Source of the DNA: Plasmodiophora brassicae
Lineage: Eukaryota
Assembly: GCA_036867785.1 (NCBI GenBank)
Contig: CP145416.1
Span: 1,054,001 to 1,118,000 of the forward strand
Length of the DNA: 64,000 nucleotides
Reading direction: 5' to 3'
A program made the position numbers and the translations under genes. Of the stretch, positions 46,581 through 59,800 are shown one piece after another (the first letter of the stretch is position 1; each line of letters starts with the position of its first letter). Under the pieces are notes generated by a model, which saw nothing but the letters and a program-made list of their open reading frames with translations, searched no databases and was not told the DNA's origin.

Positions 46581-47380
46581 CTAATCAGCGGCGGTTGTAT
46601 CTAACGACATGTACGACCGGAGAGGGTCCGTCCAGAGGTTCTCCCGGATGACATCGGCGACGGATTCCAGCTGGCTGTCCTGGTCGAAGAACAGGACGAA
46701 GAACGACGACGGATTGGTGGTCGGGAACGATGGGTCGCTCCAGGTTATGTCGGTGGACACAACGCGTAAGTCGCCTGACGACACGGTGTCATCGACGCGA
46801 TGGGTCGGTGGACCAGGGTGAGTCAAACCTTCGTCACTGAACTGAAACTCCTTCGCCAGTTCAGTATTCTCGAAGAACGGGTTCTTGCCGAACAGCATCT
46901 TGATCGTATACCCGGATTTGATGTCCTCTTGTTCCACGATACGCACCTCAGATAAGTGGTCCAGAATCTGCAAGTCCACTGGGTCGAGGACGGTCCTGAG
47001 CTCCTCATGGCTCTGGAACTGAATCATATCGAATGAGTGCCATGACTTGACACAGCAATTCTAGATCGTGAACTCCTACAGCTAACGACCAGAACCGGGG
47101 AATGCCCTTGATAACTTGTTGTCGTTCCGCGTACACAGGTTGCCGCAGAGCGTTGTATCGTCGTTCAACCATCAGGATCTCGGCTGCGACCTAAACGGCC
47201 GCACGGTGAGCAAGCAACGCCGACGTCACGAGCGGGCGGTTCTGCGTCGCCAACGCTGACCTCGTCGTTGAACCGCTCCAGCTCGTTCTGCAGTCGGTCC
47301 AGTTCTTCCAGCCTGGATACCACGTCGTCCTCCTGTCGCGCCTTCTTCGCAGGACGGCCGTTGGACGCCGCTTGCGCCAT
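46581..47380 (-). CDS. NAP-family histone chaperone (SET/NRP-like), multi-exon
   Basis: LDRLQNELERFNDE; IPRFW; SGYTIKMLFGKNPFFENTELAKEF; SSFF; VADVIRENLWTDPL. Confidence 0.88.
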
Positions 47381-47650
47381 TGCTATTGTCCGACAGCCGA
47401 CCTGCGCACTGTCCTTCGCACGTACTGTGCCTACCTATTAGCGTCCGAGTCGACCTTCCAGGCCAAACGACGGCCCCGGTGGATAATCGATCGTGCAGAT
47501 GATCACCCCCCGTTGCTGATGGCTATTACTGTCGTCGGTCAGCAGTGAACGCCACCGTCTGTTTTGGGTTCGGTGCTGTTGGCGGTTCATCAAAGGGGAG
47601 CGACACGAATTTGGGAACCCGCGTCCCGTTGCGCGGACCGTGACGAAACG

Positions 47651-49057
47651 ATGGCGACCGTCGTCGTGTGGCCTAGGTCGCTGCTGGCGGTCGTTGCTGC
47701 GCTGCTGGTGGGCGAATGTGCCCTGTGCGCGTTCATCATCGCCCGTATCCCATGTAACGCGTGCACGGCGCGTCCTTGCGGTTGGGGGTGTGCGCCGCCT
47801 GACGGCAGGATTCAGATACGGAGATCGACTGGGAGGCGTACATGGAGCAAGTCAAGACGACGTTGGGCGGCGAAAGGGATTACCTGAACATCCGCGGCGG
47901 GACTGGCCCGCTTGTGTACCCTGCTGGGTGTGTACCCGTCTGCGATTCGCATGCCGACATCTGATGTGCCGCCTGGCAGGTTCCTGTACGTGTTCTCGTT
48001 GCTGTATTACGTGACGGGTCATGGCGTGAATATCCGCCTTGGGCAATACATCTTCGCTGGCGTGTACCTGCTGACGCAGGCGCTGCTGATGAAGACGCTG
48101 GGTCACGCCGCCTTGCACGCGCGCCAACCGGCTTGGCGAATTGCTGCCATGATGATCATGATGACGTTGTCTCGGCGACTGCATTCGCTCTATGTCTTAC
48201 GTTTATTCAACGACTGCGTTGCCATGCTGCTCTTCCACGTGTCCGTGTTCCTGATCGTATGCCGTCGTCGTTGGGCACTGGCCTGCCTGTTCTTCTCATT
48301 GGCGGTATCCGTCAAGATGAACATTCTGTTGTTTGCCCCAGCCCTTCTCATCATCTTGCTGTACCATTTCCCGGGCGGTCGAACCGCTCCGTACTTGGCA
48401 CTGTGTGCGGCGGTCCAATTGCTGATCGGCTTGCCGTTCCTGCTGGAATTCCCTGTTTCCTACGTGCGGAAAGCGTTCGAGTTCGACAGGCAGTTCTTCT
48501 TCAAGTGGTCTGTCAACTTTCAGTTCTTTGCCGAGGGCACCTTTCTGTCAAAAGGCCTCGCTGTCACACTGTTGCTCGGGCACGTTTCCACTCTGGCGTT
48601 GTTCACGCGCCAGCACTGGGTACGCCAGGCTGGTGGTGTGATGCCTCTCATCAGGAACCGAAAGCCCATGCCTTTGACTCCTGCGCAGATCGTCGACATT
48701 CTCTTTATCGCTAACTTCATCGGGATCGTTTTCTCAAGGACGATCCATTTTCAGTAAGGGTGTCGTTGAGAGCAAGACCGTTGTGCCAAACGCTAAGTAC
48801 TGAGTGCTTGCAGGTTCTATACATGGTACGGGCATCATCTGTCGTGGTTGCTGATGCGGAGCGCGCTACCGCTTCCTGTTCAGATCGCTACGTGGATTGC
48901 CATTGAGGTTGTCTACAATGTCTACCCGCCCACTGCCATTGCTAGTCTCGTCCTGCAAACCTGTCATGCACTACTGCTCCTTGGGCTGTACTTGAAGCCG
49001 TTCCCGCTGTCCGATATAGGCCGACCTCGACGATCCGAACGACTGAAGCAGCAATGA
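47651..49057 (+). CDS. ALG3: Dol-P-Man alpha-1,3-mannosyltransferase ALG3, multi-exon
   Basis: [51 protein letters not shown]. Confidence 0.95.
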
Positions 49058-49206
49058 TGCGACCAGGTGGCATTCCTCATCAGGCCCGCTTCGTGCACTG
49101 TAGTCATGTGATGTCTCCCTGTAACCGACGTCGTGTGCGAACGTAGCGCTGGAACCATTGTTAAAACAATTTCCTTTGATGTATTATGAGGTATGCTAGG
49201 AGGCAA

Positions 49207-50079
49207 TCAGCTTTTCTTTGCACGCTTCGACGGTGGTGCAATGATCTCGCTCGGGTCCTTCTTGAACGTTAAGAGAACGGGGTAAATCAGCTCGAACGCC
49301 TCGTAGATTTGATCGCGCGTTTTCGCTCCAGTCAGCACGACCTTACCGGACACGAAGATCAGGAGCACAACCTAAAGACATTCCGATGGGCGTTCCAGCA
49401 ATAGAAAACGGAAGAAACCGCACCTTGGGAGATATCATTCTGTATATCAAGCCGGGGAACAGCTCAGGTTCATAGCTCGCGTGATCCTCGTGCTCATATG
49501 CCAGACCCTGTAGAAAAAGCCCACATAAGTATGCCCAGTCTCTGGATACGGTTAAAACGTAGATAACCTCGAGACGAATGGGGAATTTGACATCGCACGA
49601 GCCGACAATGTTCTGAACCTTGAAATCCTTGAACTTGACTTCGAACCCGATCCTGTTGACGACACGCGCGATTTTCTGCGCCGCTTTCTTCGATAATTCC
49701 TCGGTCCTGGCACCGGTGCAAACCATCTTGCCGCTAGAAAATATGAGTGCTGTCGCTTTCGGCTCTCGTATACGCATGATGACGGCGGCGAAGCGCTGTG
49801 ACAGGCGCACGGGAGGAATAAATTACAAACAGTATGCGACAACGTCACACTACTAACCCGGGGGTTATATTCAGCATTTCTAGCTTTCAACGCGATAGTC
49901 TTCAAATCCAATTTACAGCACAGGTCGACAGTCGAGACAATATTTCTGCGCAAAGCAGTAACGCTGAATCGATGCGTACGTATGCAGGCCTGCAAACCGT
50001 GTCCCTACTGTAGAGTGGGGACGATCCCGGACGGGTGCTTCGACCGGTCGACCGGCTCATCTGTCGATGAGGACGCCAT
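49207..50079 (-). CDS. TBP: TATA-box binding protein, multi-exon
   Basis: [15 protein letters not shown]...[37 protein letters not shown]...[13 protein letters not shown]...[14 protein letters not shown]. Confidence 0.97.
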
Positions 50080-50365
50080 CCTGGCTGCTCCGCCGGCAGA
50101 TGATCTCGCTGCAGGGCCGGTTGAAATCTGATCCAACGCCCCGCACTTTTTATATTGCAGGCGTCCGTCCGGAGCGCAGCCCACTCGCAGCTGGCATGGT
50201 CACTGTGGTCAGCGGTCAGCCTCGCCGCCTCGGATCCGCCGCCCGCAAAATATCGAGCGCACGTTTTCGTTCCTGTCCTGAGCGTGATAACGATACCCGC
50301 TCGCACGATTCGTACGGCGTGCGGTGTACCTCGTTGTGGCGTTCATTAGCGACCAGCCGGTATCA

Positions 50366-50703
50366 ATGTCGTCAACGCTGACGAAGATGGAAGAGGAAAT
50401 CGCTCGGAAGAATATGTATGCAGATGCGAGAAAGAGATGCGACGACGCTATCCGGACGTTCGCCACATGTGCTGCAGGTTGGTGGGTATGGTTTCCGATT
50501 CCGACTCTCTGCAGGAATCTGAATGTTTGTATGTGTTGGCAGAGAGGTCCATTAGCGTAGTGTGGGCTTGCCGTCAGCTGAACAAAGATATGAACGAATG
50601 TCTTCATCAGTACACGACTGATGAGGAATTGGAGAAGTGGAAGGAGCAGTATGCGGCCAAAAAGAAGAGTGCCGGCGTTGCCTCGAACAAATTTTCTGTT
50701 TAA
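50366..50703 (+). CDS. CMC1: Twin CX9C mitochondrial COX-assembly protein (Cmc1-like), 2 exons
   Basis: ARKRCDDAIRTFATC-...SVVWACRQLNKDMNECL. Confidence 0.85.
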
Positions 50704-51091
50704 ACCTCAGCAGTTGGCAGTTAGGAAGGCATTTACCATCTGAGCGAGCATGAGCTAACGGTGCGTTGTCAAATTGCTGAACATATGGAGGGGTTTTCAG
50801 CATCAGGCCACGATTTACACGGCTGTTTGTCGGCTGAATGACTGTTGGTCGTAAACTCACCTGCTAACTATTTGGAAAGGGATCTCCGAATTTCGTTGGA
50901 TCAGTATCTCGGTAGGCCAAAGCACCGCAACGGGCCAGTGGGCGACCATCTTTACGGGAGAGTCGGTGCTGTCATAGCGGATGATTGTGTATCTGGTCCT
51001 CATAACGCCCGAGGGCAATCTCCGAATTCGCCGCGTATGCATTTCACAGACGATGGCGGTGTATTGATGAATGATGTATAGAAGTGATGCA

Positions 51092-51607
51092 TCATGGGCG
51101 AGACAACTTTGTGGCGGGACCGCTAACCTCGCAGATCACTGGGAACTTGTGGTCCTCGAGAAGGTCGGCGAGGACGACATAGCCATCATCACCCGGCCAC
51201 TTCGGATACATGAACATGTGCGTGCCATTGTAGGTATCGCCGTTCCAGCTCGCGATCCAAGAACCATTCACAGGAGGGTTGCAGGAGACAATCAGGGCGC
51301 TCAGCTCGGCGAAGTTGCCCGTGTTGGCACCGGCAACGACAGCCCCGGCTTCTGCACATTCCGTGACAGCATTGATGTACGGCTCAACTTTGGCGATGCC
51401 CGAGCACGTGGGGATCGCGTACACGCCATGCGAACAATTTGGCGTGGTCACGATCGAGTTCACCTTGACAGGACCCTCTGCGACATGGCCTGTCAGCATG
51501 TCGGTCTGCTTCACCAGCTTGTCCATCGCCAACGCCCCCTTGCCGACGCCAACCACACAGGCCAACAGGATGCCCACCATCGCGATCGACCCGATCAACT
51601 TCTCCAT
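51092..51607 (-). CDS. Small secreted lectin-like protein, paralogue A
   Basis: ATG at 51607; signal peptide; AVTECAEAGAVVA..NF..CNPPVNGSWIASWNGDTY..FPVIC; intronless. Confidence 0.75.
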   Translation of the reverse strand: MEKLIGSIAMVGILLACVVGVGKGALAMDKLVKQTDMLTGHVAEGPVKVNSIVTTPNCSHGVYAIPTCSGIAKVEPYINAVTECAEAGAVVAGANTGNFAELSALIVSCNPPVNGSWIASWNGDTYNGTHMFMYPKWPGDDGYVVLADLLEDHKFPVICEVSGPATKLSRP

Positions 51608-52662
51608 GTTGACACAACCAACCCAATTGCAGAATGACTCCCGGGTGGGGAGTTCTATGCATTTAAGTTGGCGGGCGAAGGGGGTGAATTTCGGGGACTT
51701 TCGCGATGCATGTAACACGGACGACTCACCGAAATCCCGTGTCCCCCATGGGACTACTGTGCGTCTGTCGTGGCTCGTGAGTGGTGACTCAAGAGTCGTG
51801 AGAGTCATTACTGGGCGCATAAATTACCGCTGGTAGTTAGGTACGGCGCGTCTTCGCACCACTGTCCCTGTTGGCTCCGCACTTCTTTCGGGTAACCCCC
51901 TTTAGTTCTATATTGTCACGACCGTGCTGAAACTGCAACAGCAGGCGAACGGAGGCGGTCCCTGGCGGTGGGCACGGCTTCCTGGCGTCGTCGCAAGTAC
52001 GGGACGCGAAAGGAGGGGGATGATCCCCGCCCATAGCCGTCATATATGGTCCGGCCTCGGTCGTCGGGCTGGCAGTCGAGGGACGCCTGCGACCCGCGAT
52101 CAGTCAGCAGAGCCTCCGGGCCGGACGCCTGGGGCGCCCTGTGCGGCCCCTGCGATCGGTTGCGATGCGCTCGAACGTGCGACCTGGTCGAAACGGGCCT
52201 GAACTGTGCGACCCTTTGTCCAGGGCTCGCCGCAGGATCTATACGTGATGGGGTCCCTGGAGGAACAGGACGACGTGGGCAGGGGCGTCCTGACCCGCTC
52301 GCTGTCCGGCCTGCCCACTGGCAGTTACAACGGTGTACCCTTGCTTGCGTCCGGCCAGGTGCCGCGCCCAGCACCGTTGTTATCGTCAGGCACGTCGCCA
52401 ATTGGCCATTCTCGGCGTCGTCGTCTTGTAATTTGTCTGCTGCTTCGAGTTTCATTATTGCTGAAACGGTCGCGTCGACTGTACTGTCAGATTAAAATGG
52501 CAACGTGAGGGTGTGGAGGCATAACTGGTGCTGGCATGTGGGAACGATTTGTGCAGCTCGTTCCTTCACGCTTCAAAGTTCTGACTGCACTTGCGGAATT
52601 CGATGCACATGATGTATTGAGCCGAAGCCGTATAACAGTGTGACGGGCGCTCTGCGAGGCAT

Positions 52663-53124
52663 CTACGTGGTGCGGTTAACCTGACAGATCACTGGGAACT
52701 TGTGGCTGTGGAAGATATCGGCGAGTATAACGTAGCCGTCATGGCCTGGCCACTTCGGATACATTAACAGGTGTTCGTCAAAGAAGGTGTCGCCGTTCCA
52801 GCTTGCGATCCAGGAACCGTTCACCGGAGGGTGGCAGGAGACGATCAGGGCGCTGAGCTCGGCGAAGTTGTTATAGTTGGCACCGGCGACGACAGCTCCA
52901 GCGTTGACACACTCGTTGACAGCCTTGTGATACGGCTCGACCTTGGCGATACCACTTGCGTTGGTTGGGATCACGTACATACCATGCGAGCAGTTTGGTG
53001 TGGTTACGATCGCGTTCACTTTGACTTGGTGCAACGTGTCCACCGCCCGGTCCGCGATACCGACGTCGACCACGCAGGCTACCAGGAAGCCCACCATCGC
53101 AACGAACACGACCGAGTTCTCCAT
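52663..53124 (-). CDS. Small secreted lectin-like protein, paralogue B
   Basis: Signal peptide; highly similar to 51092..51607 (NFAELSALIVSCHPPVNGSWIASWNGDT, YPKWPG, HKFPVIC). Confidence 0.78.
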   Translation of the reverse strand: MENSVVFVAMVGFLVACVVDVGIADRAVDTLHQVKVNAIVTTPNCSHGMYVIPTNASGIAKVEPYHKAVNECVNAGAVVAGANYNNFAELSALIVSCHPPVNGSWIASWNGDTFFDEHLLMYPKWPGHDGYVILADIFHSHKFPVICQVNRTT

Positions 53125-53982
53125 GTTAACTCAAGCAATGCAGTTGCAGAATGACGCCCTGGTGGTAAGTTCTACACAGTGAAATTGGGCTCTGGGAGGG
53201 GAAATTTGGGGAGTTTCGCCGTGCATGTAACACCAACATCACGCGTGATTCCTGGGCAATTGCGCGACTGGTTACGAAGTCGACGCGTCCGCTGCCCGAG
53301 CTGGCTCTGAAATTCTCCCGATATACCTGGGTCCGGTATGATCATACAAAGTTCGATTCATCGATCGTCTGAACGGACGGTGAAGGGGAGAAAGCAAATG
53401 TCGACGTAGCTATGCGGACGCACCGGTTACCGAGGAAGTCTGCACATGGGAGCTGATATGGTCGTATTTCATCGGAGAATCCGGCGGAAATGACCATTGC
53501 GTCATTGCCTCCTAGCTTGACAGCACTGGAAAAATCTTCGGCCGGGCTATGTCGTCGTGCACGTCGCTCACGCTGGAGAGGTGACGACGGTCATGTTGAC
53601 AGCTTCGCACGGCGGTGTGGCTACACGCACCCCAAACCAGCTTCACATACGCCCTCTCGTTGCCGTCGACAACGCAGGCCAGAGGCATCTTTTCGCGCCC
53701 GCCCTTCCCCGTCCAGCCCATTTCCAAATGACGCCTGGTGGGGTTTCTGCAACAATTGTTCCGTTGGTGTGAAGATCGAGAAATGTGGCTGTCAGGTGGA
53801 GGATCGCACAGCAATTCCAGCGGCGAATGTTGATTGGCATACAGCGCATAGTTGATTAACCGGTGGTATCCAGCCATGGTGATGTGTGTGCCGGTGCGGC
53901 TGCAAAGTGTAGAGTGGGGCCATTGACCCGTCGCAGTCCGCAGACCTCAGTTCGTGCGTGTCGCTGACGCGTACAGGTCGCG

Positions 53983-55148
53983 ATGGCGGAGCGGAAGGTC
54001 GGTGATGAGACGGGAGAGAAACGGGTGATGGTTTTGACGATACGCGCAGGCTGTAAACAAATGGTACCCGCCAGACTGGGACCCGTCCAAGGGTATATCG
54101 TTGCGCGTGTCGCGTCTCGTTCGTCCCTGCCTAATCCGTGCTCGTGTGCTGTGATGAGGCTCCATCAATCAGTATCGGGGACAGCATCCGCTAAGGGATC
54201 GGGCTCGGAAGCTCGACCAGGGCATTCTCGTTATCCGCTTCGAAATGCCATTCAATATCTGGTGCGGCCAGTGTGAACGCATGATCGCCAAGGGCGTCCG
54301 TTTCAATGCTGAAAAGAAATGTAATAACTGCTGCATCGCCGTCACATGACATATTCCTAATTTCAAGTTCTCTGGCAGGTGTGGGCAAATATTTTACAAC
54401 AAAGATCTGGGAATTCACGATGAAATGCCCATCGTGCTCGAACGTCATCACGGTGCAGACGGATCCTAAGAACACGGAATATGTCGTTGTCGGTGGCGGC
54501 CGGCGCAAGGTCGAAGATTTCGATGTGGACGATGCGGAGGTCATTGAGTTCATGGACGACGAGACGCGCGCGAAGATCAACGCAGATCCAATGTTTGCCT
54601 TGGATGTTCGTGGGTCGCACAAGCTCAAAGCGGATCTCGACGCCGAACGCATTAGGGAACTGATTGACCTGCAATCTCAATTTGAAGATGACTACGCGAC
54701 GTCTCGAAAACTTCGATCCGATTTTCGAACCGCGAAGCGCGTTCGACTTGAGGAAGCCAAGGAGGCCCATCGCGACAATCTTCCATACCCGTTGCTACCA
54801 GCGTCTAAGACCGACGAGCTGGAAAGCACTCGCGTATGGTTTGGCAATGAGAAGCCGTCGCCGAACCATCACCTGGAACGACTGTCGAAGAGGCATGCCA
54901 CCATTTTGCCTGTCGCATCGTCAACGTCTGGCTCCCGAAAAGTTCATAGCCGATCTGCTGCTATCGAATTAGCAGCGCGACGAGGCATCAACATCTCGAG
55001 CTTCCGGAAGCACTCCCCGTCGTTATCAACATCCCATCCTCCGTCGTCGACTATCCGTGTGACCAGAAAGCAAAGATCAAAATCGCCATCCAACGGATCC
55101 GCCTCCCTTCTCGGGTCCCAATACGATGACGACGACGACGACGACTGA
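53983..55148 (+). CDS. CCDC130: Splicing factor CWC16 family (CCDC130/YJU2B), multi-exon
   Basis: [62 protein letters not shown]. Confidence 0.92.
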
Positions 55149-55255
55149 TTGGCATTGTGTCTTAATGTTATTTATTGCATGTTTCATTGAGATCGGGCAA
55201 CATGCGCTCAACATGTAATGACGGCATTAGCGATTCAACCAATATCTTATGTGCT

Positions 55256-56669
55256 TTACCATTTCGTAAGAAGGGCGTCTGGCTTGGGTACTGCTCGGAA
55301 GGATGTATGTGCAAAGTCGCGCGCTGCTGTGGATCCTGGGCCATCCCCTACCCATTCTTCGTACCAGCGCTGTGCACCGAGGCTCGGATCGCGAATTTCA
55401 ACGCCATTTCGGTACGACGCACGAACAGCATCGAGGGTGACACCTCGAATTTGTCCACCGCCGTTAAGGCACCCGGATGGGCACGCCATCACTTCAACGT
55501 AGTGATACGGGCAAGATCCGGAGCGAATCTTTCGAACAAGGTTCTGGATGTTCCTGAACCCGTATGCTCTTGCGAATCGCAGAACGGGTCGTCCGTCAAC
55601 AACCAGGCTAGTCTCCTGGAAGTCGGCATTGCGACCGACTTGCTTAAATTGCAGAGGCGACCCGTCCAGTTCAACATTGAACAACTCACGAGCCGCATGC
55701 TTGAACACGTTGTCAAGATATCCTCCAGATGACCCACTGTCTTCTGCAGCCGTTATTACAGGCGACGCGTCATCGTCCTCGGGCACGACCTTGCCGAGGT
55801 CTTCGACTCTTTCTTCAATGAGGCCGGCAACCTCCAGCGTTGTCAGGACTAGGTCGACATCGCTTTGGAACTCGCTTCTTGACGCTTCCAGCTTCTTGTC
55901 GGCACAAGGCATTACGGTGACGTGATACACATTCGTGTCAGGATCGGACTGGAATCGCTTCACGAAAGCTCCCATGATCTGTTGTGGACTACGCACGGTA
56001 CTCATGTAAGGAAGAATGAGCTCCTGCGTCTTCTCCGCATAGCAGACCCATCCAGGGCACTCCGATGTCAGCACAGGCAGGTTACCAGTTGGACTGCCGG
56101 AGGCTTTGGCTGCTTGGAACCGCTTGACGAACTCGTGGCGAGCCTCAGTGAGGGCGAGGTCCGCTGCGAACGATGAGTCAAAGACGGAAGCAGCGCCAAG
56201 CTCGCGCTTGAAGAAAGTGCTTAGGCGTTTGGCGGCCGAAGGAGTCGACAAGCCGAACCGCGCAGCAAGCGAGGCGCGAGAGTGCGGTGAGATGGAAACA
56301 ATGAGCGTCTTCGAGCCGGCGTTAACGACACGAAGGAGTTCAGCGACGGATTGGGCCTCGACCAGGACTGTCTCAGCTGAAGTGATACAGCCGCTACATG
56401 CCAGACAATCGTTAAGCGTTATCTTGGCCGTCGACTGACGAGGCACGATCTGGCCGAAGCGATTCTCGACAGCAATCTGGACGGCTGGTCCATCCGTTTC
56501 GAACTGAACCACGACGTTGAGTCAAATTGCTATCATTGAACACAACGCGCACGTTTACCTTCAACCCAGACTGACTGTCCTGAGGCTTGATGGGCAGAAC
56601 GCATTCCACCGCTGGTGAAATGAAATCGTCAACGTCAGCGATACGGAGCGTGGCGCTGAAATCCGCCAT
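55256..56669 (-). CDS. NAR1: Cytosolic Fe-S assembly factor NAR1/NARFL (hydrogenase-like), 2 exons
   Basis: DDFISPAVEC; ITLNDCLACSGCITSAE; SECPGW; MPCADKKLEA; AYGFRNIQ; EVMACPSGCLNGGGQ; terminal W. Confidence 0.96.
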
Positions 56670-56833
56670 CTGCGAAAGTCCGTGACAGTGACCACTGGTA
56701 CGTAGGATGCCGCTCTGACTTAAATGCGCCGAAAGTTTCCAGCCACGTGCGCTCGGCTTTGCGTACGAAGGTTTAGCATAGGTAAACATAAGTATGCATT
56801 AGCGGCATATTCGACATGCGGTCGTGAATCCAT

Positions 56834-59800
56834 TCAGGATCGGAAGAGGGAATCCAGGATTGCGCTCGCAGTTCGCGGGCTCCTCTTGTGCAGGCGGTTT
56901 TGCTGAGGGACCGGTACCGTGTACTCCTTGTACATGTCGAACAGGGTGACGGTAATACCAGCTAGCAATGGCCTACAGTCAAACGTTACATTAATACAAA
57001 TAACCGACAATTGTCGTATTACCCAGCAACGATTCCCTCTGGCCCAAACACGTACACGCCCATGACAACGCTTAGCCCGACAAAGTAGCTGTTGCCAGGT
57101 ATATACGACCGTATGATAGTGTCAACATAGATATCAGCAAACAGATGGGATACGACAATGATCAAACTGCGGACGTGATACGAGTTGAAGGCCACCCCTA
57201 TGGAGGCTGGAACCCAAATGATCTGGCGGGGCATCGTCAAAGCACGAACAGCGCACGAAATATTAAGATCACTCTACCCAAGTGCCCATGACCGGCATGA
57301 TTGACAGGATGCCGGTCAAGCAGGAGAGAATTGATTCAAGCAGTTCGAAGCGCTTAGGAAAGTGAAAGTCCCCAGTGTATCTAACGTGGGGGAAGCCGAC
57401 GTCCCCATGACGTCGCACACACAGTGGCACGGTCGCCACTGTGCACCAGTTGCGTCACGTCGTCGTGACTCATGGGTCGGCCACTGTCGCTAGCCTTCCC
57501 ATTATGAATCAGCCGCCCTAAGGCGCCAGCGACAGGTCCACCCGACCCATCCCGGCCGCCCTCTTCATGACCTCCACAGGTTCACGAGTGGTCGGCTTGG
57601 TGAGCGCGTCCGCCGGATTGTTCTTTGACGCCACGCGCTCGAACCGGAGCAGTCCCTCCTGGACGCACTCTCGCACATAGTGCCATTTCACCCGAATGTG
57701 CTTGTTCCGGTCCGTGACCCCGAGCGTCTTCACCATCTGCTCGGCAGCCGTGTTGTCCTCCAGCACAATCGACGGGTCCGTCAGAGTGAACCCGATGTCG
57801 GTGAGGAGCATCCGGACCCACACTACTTCACGCGCCAGCTCGCTGGCCGCCACGTACTCCGCGTGCGCTGAGGAGGTCGCCACCAGGCTTTGCTGCTTCG
57901 ATCGCCAGCTCACAGCTGCGTCCATCAGCGTGACGATGAATCCCGTGACCGACTTGGATGTGTCCGGGTCCATCGCAAAGTCCGAGTCGACCGCCGCCCG
58001 GGGCTCCGACTCCTTCACGTTGTCTTTGTTCAGTGCCATCGGGTCGAATTCAGTCGCCGGTGTCTTGCTCTTCGCGTAGATGATGCCGACATCCGTGTTG
58101 TTCTGGACATATCGCAGCACGTGGAGCATCGCCTCGAAATGCTCCCGACCCGGGTTGTTCAGGTGACGCGACAGCTGCGACACCGCGTGCGTGATTGTCG
58201 GCATCGTGCCGATCGACAGATGCGCCAGGCAACCAACGCCCTCGCGGTACCGCTCATGCTGGTGCGGAACACCGTCGGTTCGCCGGGGCATAATCTGCCC
58301 GACAGGCAGAGCCGTGGCCGGCGCGCGCAAGCGGCGCCCGGCGGCTGCCTCGTCGATGTCGGTCTGGAACCGCGCGACCACCTCCTTGGCGTACTGCTGT
58401 TGGTCGATCGTGATGCGCGTTGCCTCCTGCTTGATGCGCATCCCCAGGATCCATCTCGCGATGCCGAGGTCCTTCATCTTGAACTTCTTGCCCAACGCTG
58501 CCTTGACGTACTCGATGACGTCGGGATCCGTGCCAAACATCATAAAGTCGTCCACGAACACCCCGAGGATCGTGATCTGTCTGCGGCCGTCCTTCGTCGT
58601 GAACATAACGAACAGGCACGGGTCGCCGGTCACCCTTGTGAAGCCGATTTCGAACAGAACTGATACGAGCTTATCGTACCAGAGCTTCGGCGCCTCGACC
58701 AGGCCGTACAGCGCCTTCAGGAGCTTCATCACCTTGCCGCGTCCTCCGACCACGAAGTTCTTCGGCTGTTCACAGTAGATCGGGTACGGCAGGTCTCCAT
58801 TCAGGAACGCCGTCTTAACGTCCAGCTGGTGGATGACCACGCCCAGCATGGCCGCCAGCGCCACCATGATGCGCAACGTCGCATACCGGAGCGTCGGCGA
58901 GTACGTCTCCTTCTGGCCCTTGAACTTGTCGCAGCATCCCTTGACGCAGAAGCGGGCCTTGTGGCGCGTGATCTCCCCGTCCTCGTCGCGCTTCGTCGTG
59001 TGCACGAACATTGTTGGCAGCACTTGAGCGTCGGTCGGGCGGTCCACGATCTCATACGTGCCCGCTTCCTTCAGCGACTGCATCTCCTCGACCTGCGCCG
59101 CCAGGTACTTGTCCCGGTCAGGCCCGTTCTCGGCCTCGTACTCAGTGAGGAACGCGTTGCCAGCGTCCTCCTCCTCCAGGTAGCTGTCCTCGTTCTCGAG
59201 CGCCTCGTCCTGGTTGACCTGGTCCTCGTTGTCCGGGTCGTCGTTGGCCTCGTTGTCGTGGTCGACAGCATCTGCTGCTGCCGCCTGGTCGACGTTGTCG
59301 GCAGCCCCTGCTGCCGCCCTGGCGCTGGCCGCCCTCTGGCGCCGCGCTTCGCCGTCGTAGTCCACGTCGGCAAACCGAGCGGGCGCTCCTCTGATGCGCG
59401 TCGACCGCCTCGGTTCAGGGACGCCTTGAGCAGCAGGTCCTCGATCCCCGCCGCCCTGAGCTGCTTGCTCATCGCGTCCGTCATGCCGGTCTTCACCGGC
59501 ACCTGCGAGTTCCCTGGCACGGTCGTCCCCGCCGCCGCCTCGCTGAATGGCGCGGCCATCCTGGCCGCCGCCCTGTTGTTGACCGACGCGACCTTCTCGA
59601 TCGCCGTCGTCTTGTCGTGCGACGCGATCGTCCCGACCGCCGTCGTCTTCTTGCCCATGACGATCGTCTTGACCGCCATCGCCGCCTCCTTGCAGCTGGG
59701 CTTGCGCCGTCTCTTGGCGCTTGCGGGTCTCCTCTCCGCGGGAGCCGCTGTCATCCTTGAACGGGAATTCGTTGGGGAAGAAGACCACGTCCGAAGACTC

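Noticed and set aside
55256-56669. [FeFe]-hydrogenase
   Set aside because: The N-terminal DDFISP..C motif, CLACSGC and terminal Trp identify the ubiquitous Nar1 CIA factor.
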